54,216 nucleotides of DNA from an uncultured Prevotella sp. GTDB lineage: Bacteria > Bacteroidota > Bacteroidia > Bacteroidales > Bacteroidaceae. The DNA lies in contig CAZZNO010000001.1 in NCBI GenBank assembly GCA_964655685.1, positions 1 through 54,216 of the forward strand. The letters are read 5' to 3'. The notes under the pieces were generated by a model. The model was given only the letters and a program-made list of their open reading frames with translations. It was not told where the DNA came from and ran no database searches. A program made the position numbers and the translations under genes. Positions 10,068 to 19,071 of this stretch are shown piece by piece (within the stretch, counting starts at the first letter, position 1; each line of letters opens with the position of its first letter).

Positions 10068-11486
10068 ATGAAAAAACATATATTATTTCTCGTTGCGGCA
10101 TTTGCCTTGTTGTTGAGCAGCTGCAATGACATGCTTGACATTGACAACCCTACTGACAGGCTCTCGGCGGACGCGGCATATAGCAGCGTTGACGGCATAA
10201 AGGCAGCTGAAACAGGTCTTTACACTGAAAACTTTCAGAGCAACTCGCTCTATTGGCAGCTTGTAGACCTTTACTTCCCCATGTTCAGCGACGAGACAAT
10301 GTCTAATATCCTTGCCTCGTGGATTCCTTATTATTCAAACGACTATGGCCCTACTACTGGCATGATGCAGACGTTCTGGCTGAGTGCTTACAAGAGCATA
10401 TACCTCAGCAACGACTTCCTGACACGCATTAGCGGCACAACGCTCATACCCGCAGCCACGCTAAGCGCCTATGAGGGCGAGGCAAAGTATTTCCGCGCCT
10501 ATTGCTACCTGTTGCTGACGGACATGTACGGCGACGTGCCATTGGTGCTCACTAACGATTACCGCGTGGCGGCTACCCTGCCGCGCGCCCCACAGGCAGA
10601 TGTCTATGCGCAGATAGAGGCCGACCTGAAAGCGGCGCAGGAAGGATTGCATGGCTTCGGAAATCCGAAGACCCGCATAACTGAGTATGCTGCCACAGCA
10701 CTACTTGCCCGTACTTATCTCTATGAGGAAAAATGGCAGGAGGCTGCAAATGAGGCTTCGAAGCTCATACCCGTAGCCGATGGCGGCAAGGGCGAAGGCG
10801 ACTTCAAGCTGGAGACTATTGGCAAGGTGTTCAAGAGCAGCAGCGAGGAAGCTATTAGTCAGCTCAACTCCGAGGGACTCATGGGCTCTGGACGATATGT
10901 GGGCTATACAAGCATTTCCAGCCTGTGGGTGCCCAACGGTCCCGTGGCTCTGTGCCGGCTGACCGACACGCTTGTTGACGACCTGAAGGCTGATCCTCAT
11001 GACCAGCGTTTGTTGTGGATAGACTCGGTTGGTTCAGGCTCGCGAAAGTCTTATTATCCTTATAAGTATAAGAATAAAACAACCCCCGCAAGCCCTGCCG
11101 ACTACGAGTACTTCGTTTATCTGCGCCTTGCCGAGCAATACCTGATACGAGCTGAGGCTAACGCGCATCTTGGCAACACTGCCGCTGCCGTGAGCGACCT
11201 CAATGTCATACGTCGCCGTGCCGGCGTTGCCGAGCTCAGCACAGGCATGGGGCAGGACGAGCTTCTGCTTGCCATAGAGCGCGAGCGCAGGAAGGAGTTG
11301 TTCTGCGAGCAGGGCCACCGCTGGTTCGACCTCGTGCGCACAGGGCGTGCCGACGCTGTCTACAGCGCGCTGAGCTACAAGACGGGTTGGAAAAGCTACA
11401 AACGCTTGATGCCCATTCCCGAAAAGGAGATTCTCAACAACCCGAGCCTCACTCAGAACCCCGGCTATGACGACGTGAGCCAGTAG
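10068..11486 (+). CDS. SusD/RagB nutrient-binding outer-membrane lipoprotein
   Basis: Lipobox LLSSC, GEAKYFRAYCY..YGDVPL, RLAEQYLIRAEA, ERRKELFCEQGHRWFDL, QNPGY. Alternative start at 10056. Confidence 0.92.
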   Translation: MKKHILFLVAAFALLLSSCNDMLDIDNPTDRLSADAAYSSVDGIKAAETGLYTENFQSNSLYWQLVDLYFPMFSDETMSNILASWIPYYSNDYGPTTGMMQTFWLSAYKSIYLSNDFLTRISGTTLIPAATLSAYEGEAKYFRAYCYLLLTDMYGDVPLVLTNDYRVAATLPRAPQADVYAQIEADLKAAQEGLHGFGNPKTRITEYAATALLARTYLYEEKWQEAANEASKLIPVADGGKGEGDFKLETIGKVFKSSSEEAISQLNSEGLMGSGRYVGYTSISSLWVPNGPVALCRLTDTLVDDLKADPHDQRLLWIDSVGSGSRKSYYPYKYKNKTTPASPADYEYFVYLRLAEQYLIRAEANAHLGNTAAAVSDLNVIRRRAGVAELSTGMGQDELLLAIERERRKELFCEQGHRWFDLVRTGRADAVYSALSYKTGWKSYKRLMPIPEKEILNNPSLTQNPGYDDVSQ

Positions 11487-11649
11487 GTGCCGCCGCCGTG
11501 AAGGTCGCCCTGCCGACGACTTTAAGGTTAAAAAAACAAATTTATGGGCTGTAAGTTAGGTATATTCGTGATTTATAGTTAATTTTGCATTTCGTAATTT
11601 TCGAACACGAATAAAACAAGAACAATAAATAAACGAATATTCAAGCAAG

Positions 11650-13011
11650 ATGAAAGTTTCATTTGAGAATCCTGACAAGATTAATGGCCTGCTGACCATT
11701 ACTATTGAGGAGGACGACTACAAGAATGACGTAGAGAAAGAACTGAAGGAGTACCGCAAGAAGGCAAATGTGCCCGGCTTCCGCCCGGGCATGGTGCCAA
11801 TGGGTCTTATCCGTCGCCAGTATGGCAACGCCGTGAAGATGGACGTTGTGAACAAGAAGCTCGGCGAGGAGGTGAATAAATATCTGACCGACAACAATAT
11901 CAACATGCTCGGCATGCCGATGAGCTCAGAGAAGCAGCAGCCTGTAGATCTGGAGCAGCCGGCACCTTATACGTTCATGTTCGACATTGCTGTGGCTCCT
12001 GAGTTCGACATCACGCTATCTGACAAGGACAGTGTGGACTACTACGACATCACGGTAGACGACAAGCTCGTAGACCAGCAGGTGGACAACTTCGCTTCTC
12101 GCTTCGGCAAGATGGCTGATGCTGAGGAATATCAGAACGGCGACACCGTGAAGGGCGACCTGCGCGAGCTCGACGAGCAGGGCAACACCAAGGAAGGCGG
12201 GCTCACCGTGGAGGGAGCAACCATCCTGCCCGAATATCTGAAAGACGAGGAGCAGAAGAAACTCTTTGAGGGTGCCAAGCCGGGCGACATCATCACCATC
12301 AATCCTTACAAGGCATACGACGGCGGCGCACAGGTGGCATCGCTCCTGAAGGTTGACCGTGAGAAGAAGGACGACTACAAGGGCGACTTCAGCTATCAGA
12401 TCACGGGCATACAGCACTTCGAGAAGCACGCCGTAGACCAGGAGCTTTTCGACGAAGTGTATGGCAAGGGCGTAGTAAAGGACGAGGCTGACTTCCGCCA
12501 GAAGATACAGGAGGGCGTGAAGCAGCAGCTCACCACCGACCAGGACTATAAGTTCATGCAGGACTTGCGCAAGTATGCCGAGGACAAAGTGGGGCAGCTC
12601 ACTTATCCAGACTCTCTGCTGAAGCGCATCATGAAGGAGAACAACAAGGACAAGGATGACGAGTTCATCAACAAGAACTACGAGCCAAGCATCAAGGAGC
12701 TCACGTGGAGCCTCATAAGCAACAAGCTTGCTGAGCAGGCTGGCATCAAGGTGAACGACGACGATGTAAAGGCAGTGGCACGTGAGGTGGCTCGCGCCCA
12801 GTTTGCACAGTACGGCATGATGAACCTTGCCGACGAATATATTGACAATTATGCCAATGAGCTTCTGAAACAGCATCAGACCGCCCAGCAGTTTGCCGAG
12901 CGTGCCGTTGAGGAAAAGCTCTCTGCCGCAATGAAGCAGGTGGTGACACTTAATCACAAAGAGGTGTCGCTCGAAGACTTCAACAAGCTTGTGAATCCGC
13001 AGGAGGCATAA
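11650..13011 (+). CDS. tig: Trigger factor
   Basis: Ribosome-binding motif KANVPGFRPGMVP, 453 aa, strongly biased codons. Confidence 0.93.
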   Translation: MKVSFENPDKINGLLTITIEEDDYKNDVEKELKEYRKKANVPGFRPGMVPMGLIRRQYGNAVKMDVVNKKLGEEVNKYLTDNNINMLGMPMSSEKQQPVDLEQPAPYTFMFDIAVAPEFDITLSDKDSVDYYDITVDDKLVDQQVDNFASRFGKMADAEEYQNGDTVKGDLRELDEQGNTKEGGLTVEGATILPEYLKDEEQKKLFEGAKPGDIITINPYKAYDGGAQVASLLKVDREKKDDYKGDFSYQITGIQHFEKHAVDQELFDEVYGKGVVKDEADFRQKIQEGVKQQLTTDQDYKFMQDLRKYAEDKVGQLTYPDSLLKRIMKENNKDKDDEFINKNYEPSIKELTWSLISNKLAEQAGIKVNDDDVKAVAREVARAQFAQYGMMNLADEYIDNYANELLKQHQTAQQFAERAVEEKLSAAMKQVVTLNHKEVSLEDFNKLVNPQEA

Positions 13012-13022
13012 GGGAATCCCAG

Positions 13023-13074
13023 CGACCCCACCCCTGGCCACTTCTCCTTAAATGGGTGACCAGGGGTGGGGTCG
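13023..13074 (+). terminator. GC-rich hairpin downstream of tig
   Basis: cgaccccacccctgg..ccaggggtggggtcg followed by tattattttt. Confidence 0.65.
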
Positions 13075-13089
13075 TATTATTTTGAAGCT

Positions 13090-13806
13090 ATGAAACGTTT
13101 CTTTCTCTTTGTCTGTCTTTTGCTGCTGGCTCTGCGCGTTGCCGCCATTGACATAGATTCTCTGATGAATGCAGAGAAGAAAGAAATGCACCGCATACCA
13201 CGCCAAATGCTGACCTTGCAGGTGGGCTTCAACGTTGGCGACGATACGTCGGTGGCTACGGAATTGGACTACCATTATTATCCGCTTAAGTATGCAGGCT
13301 TGGGCTTCGGCATAGAGATTGACGACAACCACGGGGACGACCCGATTGTCTTTGGCAGCATGGGGGACGACGACGATACATACGATGTAGACCGCATACT
13401 GAAGGTGAACTTCCACCCCATGCTGGCATTTCGCACGCCGTCGGTATGGTTTGGGCATGACCGCAGCTGGGGAGCTATGTTGCGATGCGACCCGGGCGTG
13501 GTATTGTCGGTGCCGGCTAACGACGTGATATACGTCACGGAAAACGTGCGGCGCGACAAAGACGGTATATGGATAACGCAAAACAGGGCTATCCACAACC
13601 ACGGCGGCAAGTGGTTCTTCTGGCGTGTGCGCACGGGGCTGTCGGTGTACAACGAATCGGGAATGATAACCCTTGGCGTGAGCTTCTCAAACTATAACAT
13701 CAACTATTGCCGCAACCACATGGAAAACAACGGACACAGGCTCTACGGCCACGACTCGTTTTCACATACTGTCAGCCTGTTCGTCTCAGCGTCTTATTGT
13801 TTTTAA
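13090..13806 (+). CDS. Hypothetical protein, probable small outer-membrane beta-barrel
   Basis: Signal peptide MKRFFLFVCLLLLALRVAA, alternating beta-strand pattern, C-terminal ..VSASYCF. Confidence 0.55.
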   Translation: MKRFFLFVCLLLLALRVAAIDIDSLMNAEKKEMHRIPRQMLTLQVGFNVGDDTSVATELDYHYYPLKYAGLGFGIEIDDNHGDDPIVFGSMGDDDDTYDVDRILKVNFHPMLAFRTPSVWFGHDRSWGAMLRCDPGVVLSVPANDVIYVTENVRRDKDGIWITQNRAIHNHGGKWFFWRVRTGLSVYNESGMITLGVSFSNYNINYCRNHMENNGHRLYGHDSFSHTVSLFVSASYCF

Positions 13807-13812
13807 TATATC

Positions 13813-14295
13813 ATGAAAAGAAGCGATGTCTTAGCTGCTGTTGCAGTGCTTGCAATCATTCTGGTTGCAATGTATTATAACGCGTTTGTACTCTTTGCCC
13901 TTGTGCTTTTCTTTCCATTCCTTATCTGGAGAATTTCGAAGAAGAAAGACGCACGCTTGCAGGTTGCCCCACGCCTTACTGTCGATGAGGCTCACGCCAA
14001 ATACGGTGAACCCGACGAAAGCATAATCGTGGATGCCACGCGAGCCAATGAGGCTGCCGGTTGCATACTCGTTTACAAGCAGAAAAGGCTGTTCGTAATA
14101 GCCGGCGAGCCCGTAGGCATGGACGCCATTGCCGATGTCACAAGCTTCAACGCTGCTACGCCTTACACTGTAGGGCAGTATCAGGTGGTGCTGACCACAA
14201 CTCTCCCTGACCGCCAGTATATCCGTATAGACGCGGGGATGGACGCTGAGTGGGCGAAGGACGTAGCTATGGAGATTATTGACGCGATGAAGTAA
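13813..14295 (+). CDS. Hypothetical membrane-anchored protein
   Basis: Two N-terminal hydrophobic helices and a soluble C-terminal domain; 6 nt after the previous ORF. Confidence 0.6.
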   Translation: MKRSDVLAAVAVLAIILVAMYYNAFVLFALVLFFPFLIWRISKKKDARLQVAPRLTVDEAHAKYGEPDESIIVDATRANEAAGCILVYKQKRLFVIAGEPVGMDAIADVTSFNAATPYTVGQYQVVLTTTLPDRQYIRIDAGMDAEWAKDVAMEIIDAMK

Positions 14296-14333
14296 AGCAT
14301 CCTGCTTTACTTTTTCTTATCTCATTTCTTGTT

Positions 14334-14627
14334 ATGGCACAAAGGAAAACTTACAGATGCAGTTCTTGTGGCTATGAGGCATACGACTATGAGGGCATAG
14401 GCTTCATGCGCCAGCACATCGTAAGCGTCAGTTGTCCCGACTGCCATACGATTCAGCCCTTGGTCGTCGGAGGAATTATTGGCAGCAACGCTCCGTCGTT
14501 CAGCGGGTTGGCAGGCAGGCTTTGCCTTAACTGCGGCAGCCGGCGCATAATGCCGTGGGACCACCACACTTGCCCTAAGTGCGGGGGAGAGATGGTGTTC
14601 ACAGGAGAGAAGGAGTTTTGGACATAA
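14334..14627 (+). CDS. Small double zinc-ribbon protein
   Basis: Four CxxC motifs (CSSC, CPDC, CLNC, CPKC) in 97 aa. Confidence 0.65.
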   Translation: MAQRKTYRCSSCGYEAYDYEGIGFMRQHIVSVSCPDCHTIQPLVVGGIIGSNAPSFSGLAGRLCLNCGSRRIMPWDHHTCPKCGGEMVFTGEKEFWT

Positions 14628-14652
14628 GGTATAAGAATGAGGATATAGATAT

Positions 14653-14717
14653 TTGCGCCATATTGTCTTCCTCGGCTGACAATATGGCGCAATTGCTGTA
14701 TAGGCACAAAGGTTGCA
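14653..14717 (+). promoter_or_regulatory. 15-bp perfect inverted repeat plus sigma54-type -24/-12 element upstream of hsp20
   Basis: ttgcgccatattgtc-N10-gacaatatggcgcaa (14653-14692), then aGGCACaaaggTTGCA with GG-N10-GC spacing (14703-14716). Confidence 0.55.
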
Positions 14718-14791
14718 ACATGGCGGGTGAAGTTCGTAAGAGCTTCAAGATAAAGACAATAATAATAAAAATATAATTGGAGGTTTTAACT

Positions 14792-15232
14792 ATGTTGTTT
14801 CCAGTATTGAATGGTTGGTTTGACAATGATTTTAATGACAACTTCTTCAACAATGCACTTGCTCGCGTAAACACTACAGCTCCTGCAGTGAACGTAAAGG
14901 AAGACGCTGATAAATATACAATGGAAGTTGCCGTGCCAGGCATCAAGAAAGACTTCGTACGCATTGACCTTAACGAGGATGGCGACCTTGAACTCGCAAT
15001 AGAGAACAAGCTTGAACATAAGGAGGAAGATCCGAAGAAGGAGGAGCACAAGGAGCATTACTTGCGCCGCGAGTTTTCTTACAGCAACTATCAGCAGACT
15101 TACTCGTTGCCTGAGGATGTAGACAAAGAGCACATCGCCGCTAAGGTTGAAGACGGTATTTTGACAATCACCCTGCCGAAACTTAAGAAAGAGGAAGAAA
15201 AGAAAAACGGCAGGAAGATTGAGATTGGGTAA
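14792..15232 (+). CDS. Hsp20/alpha-crystallin small heat-shock protein
   Basis: PAVNVKE, EVAVPG, YLRREFSYSNYQQTYSLPEDVD, AKVEDGILTITLPK; GGAGG upstream. Confidence 0.92.
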   Translation: MLFPVLNGWFDNDFNDNFFNNALARVNTTAPAVNVKEDADKYTMEVAVPGIKKDFVRIDLNEDGDLELAIENKLEHKEEDPKKEEHKEHYLRREFSYSNYQQTYSLPEDVDKEHIAAKVEDGILTITLPKLKKEEEKKNGRKIEIG

Positions 15233-15257
15233 AGGCTGAAAGCCACCCTAAGCTACG

Positions 15258-15303
15258 GCCACCCCAAGCCCCTCGAAAGGAGGGGCTTGGGGTGGCTTTT
15301 TTT
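15258..15303. terminator. Bidirectional intrinsic terminator between hsp20 and the M6 protease
   Basis: 17-bp stem gccaccccaagcccctc-gaaag-gaggggcttggggtggc followed by a T run. Confidence 0.85.
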
Positions 15304-16933
15304 ACTTTACCACTTTCCTTCCGTTTCTTATGTATATGCCTTTGGGCAGGGCGTCGAGGTTTTCTCCCATATATTTTCCGTCGATGCTGTATATGCCGTT
15401 GCCGGCAGCGTCCTTTTCAGCATTGATGGAGCGGATGGCAGTTGCAAAATCGTGTATATAGTTGAACGACACAGTGCCCGATTCGTATTCGTATTTGATG
15501 TTTTGCAACGCCCTATTAGTTTTCAGTTTTGTGGTCTTTGCCGCATCGTACCAGCAGAAGTTGGGCTGAGGCTTTGCGTCGCTGAGTTCGCTGACGTTCA
15601 GAGTGTCTGGGTTAAGGTTGCCCGTGCCGGGGAACAGGTCGCCGCTGAGGCTTGTTGTATAAAGGTTGCGGTTGGCGTCGATATATGACGACAGGCTGGC
15701 TCCGTCGGCAGGCACTACAGCCATGCCAGGGAAGCCCGGCGTGTTGTTGAAGCGTGTGTTTGATGTCAAGTCTCCTGTCGGACGGTTGACGTGATAAACA
15801 AGCAACCCGTTGCCATACTGGTAGCGGTTCCATCCACGTCTTTGAATACATTCCAGCATGAAGTATTCGCTGCTGTTCTGCGGGTTTACAATCTTGTAGG
15901 CAGTTCCGCCTTTCTCTGTAGAGAGTGGCATCGATACCGACTGGTTTTCAGTCAGTTCCCGTATGTCTACCTGCCATTCCATCTCGCTTTTTTCAAAGGC
16001 GGTGTACGCGGTGGGACAGAATCCGTTGCCGCTGTATTCGCCGCCGTCCATGAGGTCCCAGTACTCCATCTCCTGGTTGTCAATATATGCTGACGAGGCA
16101 GTGGGGTAGAAGTCGGGAAAACCGAGGGCATGGCTCAGTTCGTGGCACGTAACGCCAATGCCGGTAATCATTGGTATGGTGCCCGAATTGCTTACGTTGC
16201 CATTGCTGTTGAGCTTGAACGGAGACAGTTCGCCAGCCATGCTATACCACCTGACAGACTTGCCGTTGATAGCGGCGCCGCCTGTGTTGTTCCAAGTGTT
16301 TGCCCAAACGGAGGTTCCACTGCCGCCATAGTTCTGTCCGCAGCCGGCGTAGATTATGTACACGCAGTCTATGGTCTTGCCGTCGCTGCTGAACGAAGCC
16401 GCGTCTTCTTCGCTTATCTGCCCTGAGGCGATGAGCGAGTCAACGGCATCCTTCACGAGCGAATCAGGATGCTCGTCTCTGTTATTGTCTTCATTGCTTC
16501 CTCCATAGTGGGTTTCAGCATTGTCTATGGTCACTGGCTCATAGACCTTGAACTTCATGGTAAACGCCCCGCTGCTCATGTCGTTGAAATATTGCGACAC
16601 AGAGCCGTGGTTGTATTGGTTGCCGTTGCCAAGGTTGGCTTGCGTGGTGCCGTTGAAGAACTGTTCGAATGCTTCGCGCGGACTGTTGACCGACAGCTTT
16701 ACGTCCTTAAAGTTTACGAGGATGACGGGAATGGTCACCGTGCCTGAGTGAGGCACGTAACTTTGGTTAGCTGCTATTACGTTGCTATGCCCCTTGGCTG
16801 CTGCCAAGGCAGCTTCGCGCTCCATTATCATCGACGTTCCGCATCGTCTGGGCATAATGCTTTGTGCGTCAGCATTAATGGAGAATGCAGACAAGGCAAG
16901 TATAAGAAATAAAGTGTGTAAAGCTTTAACCAT
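15302..16933 (-). CDS. M6 family (immune inhibitor A-like) zinc metalloprotease, secreted, with T9SS-type C-terminal domain
   Basis: Signal peptide, IPVILVNFKD, GSVSQYF, HELSHALGFPDFY zinc motif, WDLMDGG, C-terminal YSIDGK..LPKGIYIRNGRKVVK. Confidence 0.85.
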   Translation of the reverse strand: MVKALHTLFLILALSAFSINADAQSIMPRRCGTSMIMEREAALAAAKGHSNVIAANQSYVPHSGTVTIPVILVNFKDVKLSVNSPREAFEQFFNGTTQANLGNGNQYNHGSVSQYFNDMSSGAFTMKFKVYEPVTIDNAETHYGGSNEDNNRDEHPDSLVKDAVDSLIASGQISEEDAASFSSDGKTIDCVYIIYAGCGQNYGGSGTSVWANTWNNTGGAAINGKSVRWYSMAGELSPFKLNSNGNVSNSGTIPMITGIGVTCHELSHALGFPDFYPTASSAYIDNQEMEYWDLMDGGEYSGNGFCPTAYTAFEKSEMEWQVDIRELTENQSVSMPLSTEKGGTAYKIVNPQNSSEYFMLECIQRRGWNRYQYGNGLLVYHVNRPTGDLTSNTRFNNTPGFPGMAVVPADGASLSSYIDANRNLYTTSLSGDLFPGTGNLNPDTLNVSELSDAKPQPNFCWYDAAKTTKLKTNRALQNIKYEYESGTVSFNYIHDFATAIRSINAEKDAAGNGIYSIDGKYMGENLDALPKGIYIRNGRKVVK

Positions 16934-17083
16934 GAGCTTTTGTGTTTTAACGTGAGTTTCTTTTCCCTGCAAAGTTAATATTTTTATTTTAAACCTGCAA
17001 GAAGAAAGGCTTTTTATGGTCGGCGTATGTTTTTGCTGCCTCATTAAACGCCTTTTACAATGTCATTTAATCGTTTTAATGGT

Positions 17084-17171
17084 ATATGTTCGGCGATTGT
17101 CATGCATACGTTCGGCGATTGTCATGCGTACGTTCGGCGATTGTTATGCGTATGTTCGGCGGTTCGTTATC
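17084..17171. repeat. 22-bp tandem repeat array B (about 3.6 units) at the azlD 3' end
   Basis: atatgttcggcgattgtcatgc / atacgttcggcgattgtcatgc / gtacgttcggcgattgttatgc / gtatgttcggcggttcg. Confidence 0.9.
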
Positions 17172-17496
17172 CAACGAAAACAAACTGTACGAGCAACATA
17201 TAAACGACTGTTCCGCCGAGAATGGAAATAAGCATTTGTCTTTTCCAGGCATGGAGCAGAGCTGTGACAACGATGCCGATAAGCTCAGGCAAGCCATAAT
17301 GACCGGATGTGAATTGCACGTCTTTGAGGCAATAGATGACGAGCATTCCGAAGACTGCCGGTGGAAGCACCTTGCTCAGGTACTGTATGTAGCCTGGAGT
17401 GGTCTTTCCACGATATATGAGAAAGGGGATGAAACGGGTGGCGGCAGTGGCGACCACCATCGTGGCTATGGTTATTATTTGCTGGGTAGTAGTCAT
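17167..17496 (-). CDS. azlD: Branched-chain amino acid transporter small subunit AzlD
   Basis: [47 protein letters not shown]; overlaps the azlC stop. Confidence 0.85.
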   Translation of the reverse strand: MTTTQQIITIATMVVATAATRFIPFLIYRGKTTPGYIQYLSKVLPPAVFGMLVIYCLKDVQFTSGHYGLPELIGIVVTALLHAWKRQMLISILGGTVVYMLLVQFVFVG

Positions 17497-18260
17497 TTTG
17501 CTGTTTCTTGCTGTTTGTTGTTTGGTCCTTCTTTAAACATTGGCTCAAGCTTGCCGCGTATGCCGAAGAAGACAAGCAGCATGGCGGTCATTGCCGGAAT
17601 GACGAAATGCTCTGAGCCAAAGACTATTAAGCACGCTATGGAAATGGCGATGCCGGCAACAGATGCCACGTGGTTGCGCTCCTTTAGCCATTGTTCCATG
17701 AAGATGGTGACGAACATTGCCGTCATCACAAAGTCGAGACCGCGTGTGTTGAAAGTCAGCAGGTCGCCGCAAAGCCCGCCTATGGTGGCTCCTGTGACCC
17801 AGTAACAATAGTCGAGCACCGTAACCCACAGCATGAACCAGCCGTGGTCGATGCCGTCGGGGATTTTCGCCGTATAATTTACCGAAAAAGTCTCGTCGGA
17901 CATGCCGTATATGAGAGGTATTTTCTTCCAGCCGAGCCCCTTGAACTTGTCGAGCATGGAGATGCCGTAAAAAAGATGGCGTGCGCAAATGAGCAGGGCT
18001 ACGAGGAACGACTGTAAAGGGTGAAACTGCCCCAGCAGCATTTTCACCGCAACAAACTCTACGCTCCCTGAAAAGATAGTCATCGCCATTAGCATGGGCC
18101 AATAGAAGGCGAAGCCCGACTTATTCATCAGCAGTCCGTAGGCAAGACCAAGGAACCAATACCCGGCAAAAATAGGAATGGTGAACGGGAACGCCGCCTT
18201 CAGTGCCGGCAGCCATTGGCTTCTCGCTTTGCTTCCTTTTTTCTCGTTACCCTCTCTCAT
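17493..18260 (-). CDS. azlC: AzlC family branched-chain amino acid transporter permease
   Basis: [45 protein letters not shown]. Confidence 0.88.
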   Translation of the reverse strand: MREGNEKKGSKARSQWLPALKAAFPFTIPIFAGYWFLGLAYGLLMNKSGFAFYWPMLMAMTIFSGSVEFVAVKMLLGQFHPLQSFLVALLICARHLFYGISMLDKFKGLGWKKIPLIYGMSDETFSVNYTAKIPDGIDHGWFMLWVTVLDYCYWVTGATIGGLCGDLLTFNTRGLDFVMTAMFVTIFMEQWLKERNHVASVAGIAISIACLIVFGSEHFVIPAMTAMLLVFFGIRGKLEPMFKEGPNNKQQETAK

Positions 18261-18332
18261 AATCAGCCATAGCTATCCATTCTCATTTCTTCATTCTTTC
18301 CTCCCCGTTCTTCGTTTTTCACTTTCAGCTTC

Positions 18333-18893
18333 TCATCGCCCCATCTTGTCTTTCAGCGCTTCCCGGTAGGAGTGGATTATAGGGTTGTTGTCGTCTTCGT
18401 CAAGCTGTCGGAAAATCTTTTCCATCTTCTTGGCGTTCTTCTTGTCGCGCCTGCGCTGTTTGTCGAGTAGGTCGGAAAGGTTGAAGCCTATGCCTGTGAT
18501 GGGGTTTTGCAGTTCTGTTTCAATTCGGTCTGCCTTTGTCCAGCGCTTCACTGCCCTGTCAAAATCGTTGTCACGGTTGGCGTAAACCACCACTTCGCCT
18601 ATGTGGTGGTAGTCTTTTATCATAGGAATGGTGTCCTCTACCCAGCGTGCCGGTATGCGCAATGAAACGTAGCCGGTCTTGCTTATTCTCAGCGTGTCAA
18701 ACTTCTCGGGAATCCATACCTGACCTAATATATTGGTAGAATCGGCCTTGTTGAAGTCGGTCCGAACAGCAACATTGTCAAGCGGCTTGTTGGTCTCAGG
18801 GTCAAAAAGCTGGATGCGCCGTTGGGCATGTGTTGGAATGGCATGGAAGGTAACCAGTGCCACTATGATTATTATAAAGTTTCTTATGTTCAT
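18333..18893 (-). CDS. Hypothetical exported protein (carboxypeptidase-regulatory-like N-terminus)
   Basis: Signal peptide, D.ETNKPL.NV, TN..G, GY, GEVVV pattern. Confidence 0.6.
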   Translation of the reverse strand: MNIRNFIIIIVALVTFHAIPTHAQRRIQLFDPETNKPLDNVAVRTDFNKADSTNILGQVWIPEKFDTLRISKTGYVSLRIPARWVEDTIPMIKDYHHIGEVVVYANRDNDFDRAVKRWTKADRIETELQNPITGIGFNLSDLLDKQRRRDKKNAKKMEKIFRQLDEDDNNPIIHSYREALKDKMGR

Positions 18894-19071
18894 AGTTCCT
18901 CTTTTTATATCCCTTTGATATTGTTTGCAAAAGTACGGAAAAAATATTAAGGTTAGCTTGACTTGTAACAATTTAACGTTTGCAGATTTTAAAAACCCAA
19001 TATTTTTCGTGTGTACTCATAAATTATTCGTAACTTTGCAATTCAAAAGTATCAAGATATATTTTTCTACT

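Noticed and set aside
12016-13041. Long antisense ORFs (also 3748-4587, 8147-9100, 19024-19728, 39492-40334)
   Set aside because: Shadows of codon-biased genes on the opposite strand with no recognisable motifs.
14653-14692. CIRCE/HrcA operator or invertible-promoter repeats upstream of hsp20
   Set aside because: It does not match TTAGCACTC-N9-GAGTGCTAA, and the 10-bp spacer is too short to hold an invertible promoter.
17086-17805. 239-aa plus-strand ORF starting in array B
   Set aside because: Antisense to azlCD, and its N-terminus is just translated repeat.
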